Assembly: GCA_943789275.1 (NCBI GenBank)
Contig: CALSTM010000003.1
Coordinates: 390,001 to 422,000, forward strand
Origin: Candidatus Poseidoniaceae archaeon
GTDB taxonomy: Archaea > Thermoplasmatota > Poseidoniia > Poseidoniales > Poseidoniaceae
DNA length: 32,000 nucleotides
Direction of reading: 5' to 3'
Position numbers and translations under genes: made by a program. The notes beneath the pieces were generated by a model that saw only the letters and a list, made by a program, of their open reading frames with translations, was not told the DNA's origin and made no database searches. Below, in pieces: positions 24,813-32,000 of the stretch. Every line of letters starts with the position of its first letter. The stretch's first letter is position 1.

Positions 24813-24850
24813 GTTAATGCCTCCGAGGATATTTGACAACCACAACTATC

Positions 24851-24858
24851 CATATATG
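24851..24858 (-). promoter_or_regulatory. TATA-like box upstream of moxR
   Basis: TCATATATGG (minus strand) lies about 40 nt upstream of the ATG at 24812. That leaves room for a transcription start site and a short SD-containing leader. Confidence 0.35.
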
Positions 24859-24915
24859 AATGTGAGGTGTGGTTATGTCAAACAGTTTCCATGGCAAGAG
24901 GAGCAACGAGTCAAG

Positions 24916-26916
24916 TTACAGTTTCCAGCCGAAACCATACCTACGGTCTTCAAGAATCATGTTATGTATCTTTTTTATTTCATCGAATGCTGACTTTTCT
25001 GATTCGGTCATGGCTACATTCCTCATCATTTTAGCATCTACAGGGGGTACATCTGCCCAAAACTCTTCATCGTCTACGATTTTACTTCGGGTGAATCTGA
25101 TGTTCATTTTAATCGGAACTTGTTCGCCCTCTCGGGCTACGGTTTGACCTTCTTTACCAATGGACATGACTTTGCCGAGCGTTCGACCTGTTCCATCGTT
25201 CCGGAGTAATTCTTGACCGACTCGTAAACTTCCTTTGAGAACGTGAACTCCGAAAAGTGCTGGATTGTCGTTCATCATTCCATTTTTTGTGAGGTATCGA
25301 ACTTGGCCAGGCATGAATACAGGGCCTGAAGAGGAAGACGCCCTTTCACGGATTGCGTCTTGTATTTCGTCGATTTTCTCCATCACTTGGTAAATGATTT
25401 CGGCTTGGATGAAATGGTAAGAAGACGCCCCTTTCTTTTTTATTGCTTCATCCAGTTCCTTTTCCACTTGGTCGTTTCCTTTGACTGAAAGAGCCACTAA
25501 GAAACGATGTTCTTCCTTTTCGGTAGCCATAATTTGTCGAAGGTCGCGACGATTTACTGGGCCAACTTCCGCTCGACTGATTGGGATTTTTCTTTTGGCC
25601 AGCTCGTAAATGAGTGCTTCAAGTCCACCCACTGTTCGGGCTTTAACAACTGCTCCTTCACGAAGTTCTTCCGCATTTTGACACCCTGCGGAAAAACCAC
25701 TACCCATTGCATCAGGATTTGTGTGAATATCCGAGAACATCTTTCGCGATACAACATCTTTGCAGATGCTGCACATGATTGGCGTCTCGTTACGAATTCG
25801 TTTGTTTTCTCGGTTCATCTCGTTGAAAACTGAACGGTAATCATCCCCCGGTTTAGGAAAGTAGATTTTGCTACCAATGTGTATGTCTTTGAGATGTGGA
25901 ATAATAATTTTCAATCCCGCAGCGGCTGACGCTTGTTTGACATCGTTCCACCGTTTCCCGGCATCTCTCATTTCAGCCATGTCTTTTGGTTGGCGAATGG
26001 CTCGAATCCGAACTGCATCCTCTCCACCAATGTTTCCAACAGGACCTTCATTGGTGTTGTAAGCAACGTCATCACCCACTCCAATGGTACCCTTGGTGAG
26101 GATAATATCGATTGTTTTCCCAAGCCCTACCTCTTCGCGAGATTCCAAAACATAGCCCTCAGCCATTTCATTTGGATCGACAATCAAGTCTTGGCGGGCA
26201 AATTTCTCTGCCATTGCCAAAATCACGAACAAAAGGTCTTGCAAGCCTTCGCCTTCTTTGGCACTCATTGGAACAAAGAAGCGGTCGTTTTCAATATCGA
26301 AACTTTTGATTCCTTCCCAGTACTTCGTGAGGTTAAATTTCGAATTTGTAGCCACTTGTCCGAGGAGTTTGTAGTAGAATTCGTCTGCGGAGTTCTGAAC
26401 ATCTTTTGATTGCTCTTTCCACGATTGCCATGATGAACGTCCTCGCTTCGACTCCCATTGATGGACTCGGTCGATTTTATTTCCGACGATAATAAACGGG
26501 ATGTCGTTCTTTTCGAGGATTTTGATGCTCTGTATGGTTTGAGGTTTGAAACCTTCAACCAGATCAACAATGAGAACAGCAATATCAGCAACGCTTCCGC
26601 TTCTTTTGCGTATTGAGCCAAACGACTCGTGCCCAGGCGTATCGATGAAAATGATTCCCGGGCTATCAAACACTGGCTTTTCTTTGAACGGCATGGTTTG
26701 AATGGCGTTGTTCAGGAGAACCGCTGGAACATTGGTCACACCGAGTTCTTGTGTGATTCCACCCGCTTCTCTGTTCATCACATTGGTTTGGTTCTTGTCA
26801 CCAATCGAGCGAAGCAAGTCGAGTAGACTTGTTTTACCGTGGTCAACGTGCCCCGTTACTGCCACAATTGGTTGGCGGAGAATCTCACCAACTTCTTCTG
26901 CGACATCATCGGACAT
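24916..26916 (-). CDS. infB: Translation initiation factor aIF5B (archaeal IF-2)
   Basis: G1 GHVDHGKTS, EAGGITQ, G3 DTPGHESF, G4 GNKIDR. Domain III has GGLEALIYEL. The ORF-track TTG at 26925 is replaced by the ATG at 26916 (MSDDVAEE). Confidence 0.9.
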   Translation of the reverse strand: MSDDVAEEVGEILRQPIVAVTGHVDHGKTSLLDLLRSIGDKNQTNVMNREAGGITQELGVTNVPAVLLNNAIQTMPFKEKPVFDSPGIIFIDTPGHESFGSIRKRSGSVADIAVLIVDLVEGFKPQTIQSIKILEKNDIPFIIVGNKIDRVHQWESKRGRSSWQSWKEQSKDVQNSADEFYYKLLGQVATNSKFNLTKYWEGIKSFDIENDRFFVPMSAKEGEGLQDLLFVILAMAEKFARQDLIVDPNEMAEGYVLESREEVGLGKTIDIILTKGTIGVGDDVAYNTNEGPVGNIGGEDAVRIRAIRQPKDMAEMRDAGKRWNDVKQASAAAGLKIIIPHLKDIHIGSKIYFPKPGDDYRSVFNEMNRENKRIRNETPIMCSICKDVVSRKMFSDIHTNPDAMGSGFSAGCQNAEELREGAVVKARTVGGLEALIYELAKRKIPISRAEVGPVNRRDLRQIMATEKEEHRFLVALSVKGNDQVEKELDEAIKKKGASSYHFIQAEIIYQVMEKIDEIQDAIRERASSSSGPVFMPGQVRYLTKNGMMNDNPALFGVHVLKGSLRVGQELLRNDGTGRTLGKVMSIGKEGQTVAREGEQVPIKMNIRFTRSKIVDDEEFWADVPPVDAKMMRNVAMTESEKSAFDEIKKIHNMILEDRRYGFGWKL

Positions 26917-26941
26917 GTGAATCAACTACTGTCTGATTCGA

Positions 26942-27388
26942 CTATTCATAAACCCAAGAGGTAATGGTTTGTTCCCAATCCATGAGCCCCTCAGGGAACC
27001 AAAGTCCAAGTTCGAACTCAGCAGTATCAGCAGCATCTGAGCCGTGAATCATGTTGTATCCCATATCCATGCCGAAGTCGCCACGGATGGTTCCAGGCGC
27101 TGCTTCTCGGCCGTTGGTTGCGCCAATAAGTGTGCGAGCGACGGCGATAGCGTCTTTCCCGGACCATGCCATGCAGACAACAGGTCCAGAGGTTACGAAA
27201 TCAATCAATCCAGGATAGAATGGGCGTTCAGCGTGAACGGCGTAATGGGTCTCAGCGGTTTCTCTGCTTGGGACAACCGACTTCAAACCGACGAGTTTGA
27301 GTCCTTTCTGCTCAAATCGTCCAATGATTTCTCCGATTAATCCGCGTTGTACACCGTCAGGCTTGACCATTATGTAGGTAGTTTCCAT
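26942..27388 (-). CDS. ndk: Nucleoside diphosphate kinase
   Basis: [13 protein letters not shown] and the active-site NMIHGSD. The ATG at 27388 has GGTGA 6 nt upstream (the ORF-track start is TTG). Confidence 0.9.
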   Translation of the reverse strand: METTYIMVKPDGVQRGLIGEIIGRFEQKGLKLVGLKSVVPSRETAETHYAVHAERPFYPGLIDFVTSGPVVCMAWSGKDAIAVARTLIGATNGREAAPGTIRGDFGMDMGYNMIHGSDAADTAEFELGLWFPEGLMDWEQTITSWVYE

Positions 27389-27501
27389 GTTGTTCACCAA
27401 TTCAGCCGACTTGACACCCCTTTATGAGCCATACGGCCGAAAAGATACAGCGGTTGCACTCTCGCTCAGTAAGAAAACATGGCATTGCGCAGAAGAGCGC
27501 T

Positions 27502-27690
27502 TCAGAAGCCGCCCTTCACAAAGTGACGAGTCCACTTGACTCGGCGAGAGTTTCGCTTGAGTTTCACCATGTTCTTGCGTGCTTTTGAGTTCTTGAACCA
27601 CAAGACGCTACCGTCTCGTCGGACGAACATCATGCCCGTACCAGGTTCGATCTCTTCTCCAGAAAAATTGCAAATACGTCGTTCAGGCAT
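27502..27690 (-). CDS. rpl24e: 50S ribosomal protein L24e (Cys-depleted, eukaryote-like form)
   Basis: MPERRICNFSGEEIEPGTGMMFVRRDGSVLWFKNSKARKN matches the L24e fold signature. Only one of the four usual zinc-ribbon Cys positions is retained. Confidence 0.85.
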   Translation of the reverse strand: MPERRICNFSGEEIEPGTGMMFVRRDGSVLWFKNSKARKNMVKLKRNSRRVKWTRHFVKGGF

Positions 27691-27696
27691 TGTTCA

Positions 27697-27921
27697 TCAC
27701 CGTGCGTTCAATTTACGGGCTTCTCGGCCAGTATCCTTGAGCATCAAAATATCGCCAACACGAATTGGTCCCAAGACGTTTCGAGAAATGATTCGTCCAA
27801 CGTCACGAGGGTTTGGTGCGTCGTTAACACGAACTTTCACTTGAGTTGCTTCGCCTGTCATACCGGTTCGACCGACAATTTCGACGACTTCAGCAGGCCA
27901 TCCACCGAGTTCTTCGCTCAT
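27697..27921 (-). CDS. rps28e: 30S ribosomal protein S28e
   Basis: [26 protein letters not shown]...[25 protein letters not shown]. The ORF-track start 27948 is TTG. The ATG at 27921 ([12 protein letters not shown]) matches the family N-terminus. Confidence 0.9.
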   Translation of the reverse strand: MSEELGGWPAEVVEIVGRTGMTGEATQVKVRVNDAPNPRDVGRIISRNVLGPIRVGDILMLKDTGREARKLNAR

Positions 27922-27944
27922 CTTTGTCATCTCCAATATTGGTT

Positions 27945-28325
27945 TCAAGCCTTGAGCCCGTTAATGGCTTCAACAACTTTGCTAAAATCTTCTTGTGCTC
28001 CTTTGGTGATTTCCATCACAGCAATGGAGGCTGCTTTGACACCTGCTGGAAGTCCAGCAGCTTGTGCGAGGTGTTCTTGAGAAGGAACGTATCCGAATGG
28101 GATTCCCTTTTCAGCGCAGATCAAAGGAACGTGAGCAAGAAGTTCAGGTGGGTTAACGTCTTCTGCGAGGATGATGAATTGGGCAGTTCCGCGTTCTGCG
28201 GTCTTGGTCACTTCATTGCTACCTTTTTTGATACGGCCATTGGAATTGGCTTGCAGCATGTCGTAGATTTGGTTCGATACTTCTTCAGGGGTTTCAAATT
28301 GCACGTGTACAGTCACTGGAATCAC
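27945..28325 (-). CDS. rpl7ae: 50S ribosomal protein L7Ae (K-turn binding)
   Basis: VQFETPEEV...[17 protein letters not shown]...[34 protein letters not shown] start with GAGGA 4 nt upstream. No in-frame ATG is available. Confidence 0.9.
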   Translation of the reverse strand: MIPVTVHVQFETPEEVSNQIYDMLQANSNGRIKKGSNEVTKTAERGTAQFIILAEDVNPPELLAHVPLICAEKGIPFGYVPSQEHLAQAAGLPAGVKAASIAVMEITKGAQEDFSKVVEAINGLKA

Positions 28326-28367
28326 TCTGTCCTCATGTTAAGGGCGTTCCTCCGCACAACCTCGCGG

Positions 28368-28374
28368 ATATAAA
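28368..28374 (-). promoter_or_regulatory. TATA box (TTTATAT on minus strand) for the rpl7ae-rps28e-rpl24e operon
   Basis: TTTATAT lies about 43 nt upstream of the GTG start, consistent with a transcription start site about 25 nt downstream and a short SD-bearing leader. Confidence 0.45.
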
Positions 28375-28461
28375 CACAGCGGAAAGAATGACCTGACCGA
28401 ATCTGCAACAAAGCGTCCTTATTCACTGTAGACTGTCTGTACTTTTCGATGTACTGGGCGA

Positions 28462-29409
28462 CTATTGGCTCCATTCAAGCCGTTCAAATAATTCATTTAC
28501 GCCCCGAGCCAGTGCCGGGCCGCCGGATATCACATCGCGAGGGTTTGACAACGAACCAGTAGCATGTACGCCATCGACGTATCGAATCAAGCGAGCGATT
28601 GCTCCACCTGTGAATAATCCGTGCGAGCAAGCAGCGTGAACAGCAATCGCACCTTGATTTCGCAGTGCTTCAGCCGCTCTGCATATTGTCCCACCAGTAG
28701 CAATCATGTCGTCGACAATTGCCACGGTCTTTCCATCGACATCCAGGTCCTTCGCCTTGTGAACAATTGTATGGGCGTCAATTCGTGTTTTCTCAAGATA
28801 CGAAAACTCACAATTAATTTTCTTGGCGACGGTTGAGGCCCGTTCAATAGCACCCTTGTCTGGTGAGAGTATGAAGTCGGGTTGAACCGTCTCTTGTAAG
28901 TGAAGGGCAAGTTCTGGCATTGCAGAAGTAAACGCTACAGGAACCGACAAATCCTCCAATACAGAAGGTGCGTGTAAATCAAAGACGATGATTCCATCGC
29001 AACGAGAGGCGAGAAGGTGGCCGATTGCTCGAGCCGAGATTGCTTCGCCTGGTTTGAATCGCTTATCTTGCCTTGAATAGCCGAAGTAAGGTACTGCAAG
29101 AAGGATTCCGGGGCCAACATCATCCATGTTCTGCGGACCAATTTCCCTGAGGTTTTCCATATTTCCTTTCCGGACATCGTTGATCGCTTCGAGCATGAGG
29201 AGTGTTTCAACAATACCTGCATCAGGGAATGTATTGGACACCAACACGACAGGCTCCTTACGAACGGCTTCTATGGTTTCACTCGGTATACGGATATAGC
29301 CTTCCGAATCGGGGAAACGCCGAGTTTCAAGTTGGTGGTGTTCCCAACCAAGCGAGGCTGCTAATTGTTCAGCCAACAAACGAGAATTGCTTCCGGATAA
29401 GACGACCAT
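28462..29409 (-). CDS. prs: Ribose-phosphate pyrophosphokinase (PRPP synthetase)
   Basis: FPDSEGYIRI, YFGYSRQDKRF, DLHA, and the PRPP loop VDDMIATGGT. The 387-aa ORF-track call reads through a tRNA gene. The true start is the ATG at 29409 (MVVLSGSNS). Confidence 0.9.
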   Translation of the reverse strand: MVVLSGSNSRLLAEQLAASLGWEHHQLETRRFPDSEGYIRIPSETIEAVRKEPVVLVSNTFPDAGIVETLLMLEAINDVRKGNMENLREIGPQNMDDVGPGILLAVPYFGYSRQDKRFKPGEAISARAIGHLLASRCDGIIVFDLHAPSVLEDLSVPVAFTSAMPELALHLQETVQPDFILSPDKGAIERASTVAKKINCEFSYLEKTRIDAHTIVHKAKDLDVDGKTVAIVDDMIATGGTICRAAEALRNQGAIAVHAACSHGLFTGGAIARLIRYVDGVHATGSLSNPRDVISGGPALARGVNELFERLEWSQ

Positions 29410-29499
29410 ACGATTCCCTTGATGTAAGCGAAACGCTGACCCTTCATGTTCTTTGCGAGTGACAATTCCTCGAAAAACCCCGTCAACCAGGTGTAAGAG

Positions 29500-29573
29500 T
29501 GCGCGAGGCAGGACTTGAACCTGCGACCTCCCGGTTATCAGCCGGGTGCTCCAACCGACTAAGCTACCCGCGC
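29500..29573 (-). tRNA. tRNA-Ile (anticodon GAU), 74 nt, no encoded CCA
   Basis: Hand-folded from the reverse complement. Acceptor GCGCGGG/CTCGCGC (one G:U). D arm GCTT-AGTCGGTTG-GAGC. Anticodon arm CCCGG-CTGATAA-CCGGG. Variable region AGGTC. T arm GCAGG-TTCAAGT-CCTGC. Discriminator A. Confidence 0.9.
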
Positions 29574-29650
29574 AACTGTAGTTCGGCCGACTCACCTCCC
29601 CGTCATAAGAGTGACGGAGGGTCAAAGCCCTCGATGCCAGCGTTGAACAA

Positions 29651-30238
29651 TTACTCTTCTTCGCTCATGGCGTTAATCGAAACGAACGACGGAAGTGTAA
29701 GCACTTTGTCAAACGTCCGAGAAAGGACAACCTCGTCGAGGCGCTCTCGAGTTCTTGAGAACGCATTAATTGGAATGCGAAGTTGTGGTCCAACTCCGTA
29801 TTGCTTCTGGATTCCAATTCGAACTTGTACGATAACGCCACGGTATGTGCGCTTTACTTTGAACAGGTCCGTAATAACGCCGATTTCATCACCTTGATTA
29901 TCGAGCACAGCTCGGTCAAGCATTTCATCTGGTGCGTACAGCTTCTCATCAATTCGGACGGTGTTTCTCCATCGTCGTTGCAATTCTCTCATTGACTTCG
30001 AAAGTTTAACAGTTCCATCGTTTCGAATACTGTGGACCAGTTCCTTTGGCAGTGGTACGAGTTCCGCGGGTTTCCGCATGAATTCATCAGCCACATCCGA
30101 TTCAACTTGCAATCGCATAGATCGCACGCGTGCTTCGTTCGGGTGGTGGCGTTCACCAACTATCTTTCCTACTTTCTTATCGTTCACATAAACATCTCTT
30201 TGGAGTAACTCCTGGATGTCATATTTGTCGTTCGGCAT
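29651..30238 (-). CDS. Tandem PRC-barrel-like domain protein
   Basis: There are two segments of PRC-barrel character: LLQRDVYVNDKKVGKIVGE...MRLQV and MLDRAVLDNQGDEIGVITDLFKV...VIVQV. The ORF-track start 30286 is GTG. The ATG at 30238 has GGAG 9 nt upstream, and the ATG at 30247 is an alternative. Confidence 0.5.
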   Translation of the reverse strand: MPNDKYDIQELLQRDVYVNDKKVGKIVGERHHPNEARVRSMRLQVESDVADEFMRKPAELVPLPKELVHSIRNDGTVKLSKSMRELQRRWRNTVRIDEKLYAPDEMLDRAVLDNQGDEIGVITDLFKVKRTYRGVIVQVRIGIQKQYGVGPQLRIPINAFSRTRERLDEVVLSRTFDKVLTLPSFVSINAMSEEE

Positions 30239-30337
30239 TTTTCCCATCTCCTTCGCCAGTTTGTTCCGGCTTACCCCCTGCTTCACTTGAAAGGTCTTAT
30301 ACTCTTTGGCGTTTGAAATGCTAAATCCAATTGCATT

Positions 30338-30661
30338 TGTCGTATAATTTATCCCCGTTTCAATTGAAAAACCGATTATTTTTCAATTTTAGTCGATGTC
30401 GTATAATTAATTCTTGCAATAGGAGTTCCATCTCGCCGAAGCAGTTTTTGCACATATTCTATAGATTTCCTTTTTGTGGATGTAAAGAGTACATTTGAGG
30501 ATTCTTTCGAATTGAATATCCAATATTCCACCGATGAGCTAAGGCCGTAGGGGTTGCTTTTTTGATTGCGGTTCAGACAGTCGAGCCGATCATCTGCATT
30601 CGAAACAGCGACTCGTTAAACTAATTTTATCAATTAGATATTCATATTTTCAATTGAAAAA
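30338..30661. repeat. Repeat-bearing AT-rich intergenic region (TGTCGTATAATT x2; palindromic TTTCAATTGAAAAA x2; multiple CAATT cores)
   Basis: TGTCGTATAATT occurs at 30338-30349 and 30397-30408. TTTCAATTGAAAAA occurs at 30358-30371 and 30648-30661, and its first 12 nt are a perfect palindrome. CAATT-containing variants lie at about 30328, 30384, 30510 and 30631. Confidence 0.7.
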
Positions 30662-30726
30662 TGTAATTTTCTTGATGCTCAATGGATTTGAACATCTTGA
30701 TGTAGAACTCATCTTCAGCAGAACAT

Positions 30727-31587
30727 ATGCGCCACGTTCCTGTCGTTCATTTGAGAGGTATTGATTCCTCTCTGGGTGACGCAATGATTGAGCGATTGCT
30801 ACGTACGCATGTGCGGATTGTCGTACCACAATCTTCGGTCGACATGCTCACTGACCGGTTTTCTGCAGATCTTGAATTTGGGGAGTGTGAACTGTTTGGC
30901 TCCGAACAAGTACCACTGGAAGCAGGTCACCGGCTGTTCCTTATGGGGCTGGGACCCTTCAATCTCTCAAGTGATGATGGCAAAGGGTTTGATGTCGATG
31001 GCCTTGAAATTGCTCTGGCCATACCCGGCCATCTTGGCATTGAGGCTGAACACGAATGGATTGATTCGCTCATCGAAGTGTTTGACCTTCTCCCTCGGCG
31101 GCAGGATTCAGTTTGGCAATCACCCAATTTCCGTCCATGGATGGAGCGTCTGGAATCCTCAGGTTCTGTCATGGCTGGTCAGTCGGCCGAATATTGGTGG
31201 GTAAGCGACATTGACGTGGCCGATGCTCTTGTACGAATCCTTCTGAGCAGTGAACCTTTTCCGAAGCAAATGAAAATCTCAGGTCGCCGCTCATGGTCTG
31301 AGGAGCAGACTTTGGAGGAACTCTCCTTACTTTACCATCGGACCATTGCAGGCCGTACGGGTCGCTTTAACGTCGAGCACTTGACAGCAGCACCAACTCC
31401 AACTATTGAAGTTCAATCTTTGATGGTCAGCCCTCAGCTTCCTCTTGGTGTGGAGCAGAACGCTAGAGAACGCCCGGACCTTTCTCCACTGCACGACCTT
31501 TTGTACCGCATTGATGGAGACGGTTGGCGTCCGCTTGTTCCGATTCGAACGGCGCTCATGCACGCCCTTGCCGACTATATTGATTGA
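30727..31587 (+). CDS. Hypothetical protein, distant NAD(P)-dependent epimerase/dehydratase-like fold with a degenerate glycine-rich loop
   Basis: ATG start. The N-terminus VVHLRGIDSSLGDAMIERLL occupies the position of VLVTGGAGFIGSHLVxxLL but lacks GxxGxxG. YWWVSDIDVADALVRILLS resembles the epimerase 'HVxDVxxA' block. Confidence 0.35.
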   Translation: MRHVPVVHLRGIDSSLGDAMIERLLRTHVRIVVPQSSVDMLTDRFSADLEFGECELFGSEQVPLEAGHRLFLMGLGPFNLSSDDGKGFDVDGLEIALAIPGHLGIEAEHEWIDSLIEVFDLLPRRQDSVWQSPNFRPWMERLESSGSVMAGQSAEYWWVSDIDVADALVRILLSSEPFPKQMKISGRRSWSEEQTLEELSLLYHRTIAGRTGRFNVEHLTAAPTPTIEVQSLMVSPQLPLGVEQNARERPDLSPLHDLLYRIDGDGWRPLVPIRTALMHALADYID

Positions 31588-31589
31588 GT

Positions 31590-32000
31590 TCAAAGGGTTT
31601 GAACGCCACCTTCCGGAAGCATACTCAGTTGAGTAACGTTGCCGTAAAGGGTTGGTCCAGTTTGAAATGTGCCCATGATTCCAGTGTCGCCACTTGGGTT
31701 GTGGGACAGGGAAAGCCATGGCCGGCCAAAGGCGTCGATCTGCATGTCGATGAAATCTCCGAAGCCACCACAGCGCTCATATCCGCAGGTAGGGCTGGCG
31801 TTGTCAAGAGGGTCATCCGGGGCATTGAGTTGAACCGTGGTAATCAATGGAGTTTCGTTGAATGCATCGGTAATCACTGAAATGTATCCATGCCACACGC
31901 CGTCACCTTCTGTGCCAACATACCCAAACGCAACTCGGCCCGGGTCGCCAGCAATGACAACGGGGAATCCTGTCCCTTCAAGGTGGCTTGGCCCAACCAT
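31590..32000 (-). CDS. C-terminal part of a secreted beta-propeller/sialidase-like protein (N-terminus beyond the window)
   Basis: The ORF is open to the window edge. The sequence FIDMQIDAFGRPWLSLSHNPSGD and Gly/Asp-rich beta-strand pattern are typical of BNR/propeller proteins. Only 136 aa are visible. Confidence 0.35.
   Translation of the reverse strand: MVGPSHLEGTGFPVVIAGDPGRVAFGYVGTEGDGVWHGYISVITDAFNETPLITTVQLNAPDDPLDNASPTCGYERCGGFGDFIDMQIDAFGRPWLSLSHNPSGDTGIMGTFQTGPTLYGNVTQLSMLPEGGVQTL

Noticed and set aside
22770-24845. The ORF-track start codons for many minus-strand genes (5696-6484, 22163-22426, 22423-22773, 23802-24845, 24916-26925, 26942-27400, 27697-27948, 29651-30286, and 13366 on the plus strand) are shown as M.
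   Set aside because: Inspection shows these are TTG or GTG maximal extensions. They were replaced by downstream ATGs with SD or family-consistent N-termini, except for parA (TTG has the SD), rpl7ae (GTG, no ATG available) and the RHH gene (unresolved).
28326-28367. I looked for a K-turn in the rpl7ae 5' leader, because L7Ae autoregulation through a leader K-turn has been reported in some archaea. The leader has a CCGC-gaggttgt-GCGG hairpin and several GA dinucleotides.
   Set aside because: I could not build a convincing C-stem / 3-nt bulge / tandem G.A / NC-stem arrangement by hand. It needs covariance-model or comparative analysis before any claim.
29410-29625. The ORF track extends prs to 387 aa (MTLRHSYDGEVSRPNYSCAGSLVGWSTRLITGRSQVQVLPRA...).
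   Set aside because: The extension is the translation of the tRNA-Ile(GAU) gene (29500-29573) and its flanks. PRPP synthetase homology begins at the ATG at 29409.
30287-30726. I looked for a C/D-box sRNA or small protein gene in the AT-rich intergenic region. CGATGAG, TTGATGC and TTGATGT are C-box-like. CTGA occurs on the minus strand. A 24-codon GTG ORF ends before the T-run.
   Set aside because: There is no properly spaced C/D'/C'/D set and no SD for the mini-ORF. The region is kept only as an unexplained repeat region, not as an RNA or CDS call.
1-32000. I searched by eye for CRISPR arrays, IS elements and inverted terminal repeats, toxin-antitoxin pairs and known defence-system hallmarks.
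   Set aside because: None were found. The only RHH protein is coupled to parA and not to a toxin. The tandem repeats present are all in-frame coding repeats.

Overview
This window reads as an archaeal chromosomal segment. The evidence is a minus-strand core cluster: tRNA-Ile(GAU), prs, rpl7ae, rps28e, rpl24e, ndk and aIF5B/infB, together with an archaeal-type phosphoglycolate phosphatase and lipobox-bearing secreted proteins. A marine planktonic euryarchaeote (MGII/Poseidoniales-like) is my guess and is inference only. No CRISPR array, transposase, integrase or rRNA is visible.

Layout, left to right:
- 1-5532: a giant, 5'-truncated, C-terminally anchored surface glycoprotein.
- 5565-5646: tRNA-Leu(CAA).
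- A HAD phosphatase on the minus strand.
- About 6.5-15.2 kb: a co-directional metal (zinc) homeostasis supercluster. It contains a P1B-type ATPase, an ArsR-family regulator, a triple zinc-ribbon protein, a 933-aa ZnuA-like binding lipoprotein, a 39-aa membrane ORF absent from the ORF track, ZnuC and ZnuB. A lipoprotein of unknown function follows.
- An SDR oxidoreductase.
- An 845-aa all-coiled-coil protein, then an 803-aa secreted, membrane-anchored protein with thrombospondin-type-3-like calcium-binding repeats.
- A minus-strand moxR, parA, ribbon-helix-helix, 84-aa operon.
- The ribosomal-protein/aIF5B cluster.
- A PRC-barrel protein.
- A 440-bp AT-rich repeat-bearing intergenic region.
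- A degenerate Rossmann-like protein and a 3'-edge partial secreted protein.

The most unusual object is the ZnuA homologue. The His-rich loop of the family, normally a few tens of residues, is expanded to about 616 aa. It has become a mosaic of His/Asp tracts, a thrice-repeated Cys-pair motif, two EF-hand-like loops, a beta-rich module and a locally frame-shifted repeat copy. It sits in a locus that unites metal export, sensing and import. The same genome's L24e has lost its zinc-ribbon cysteines.

Many ORF-track starts are TTG/GTG maximal extensions. I re-called starts where ATG or Shine-Dalgarno evidence was visible.
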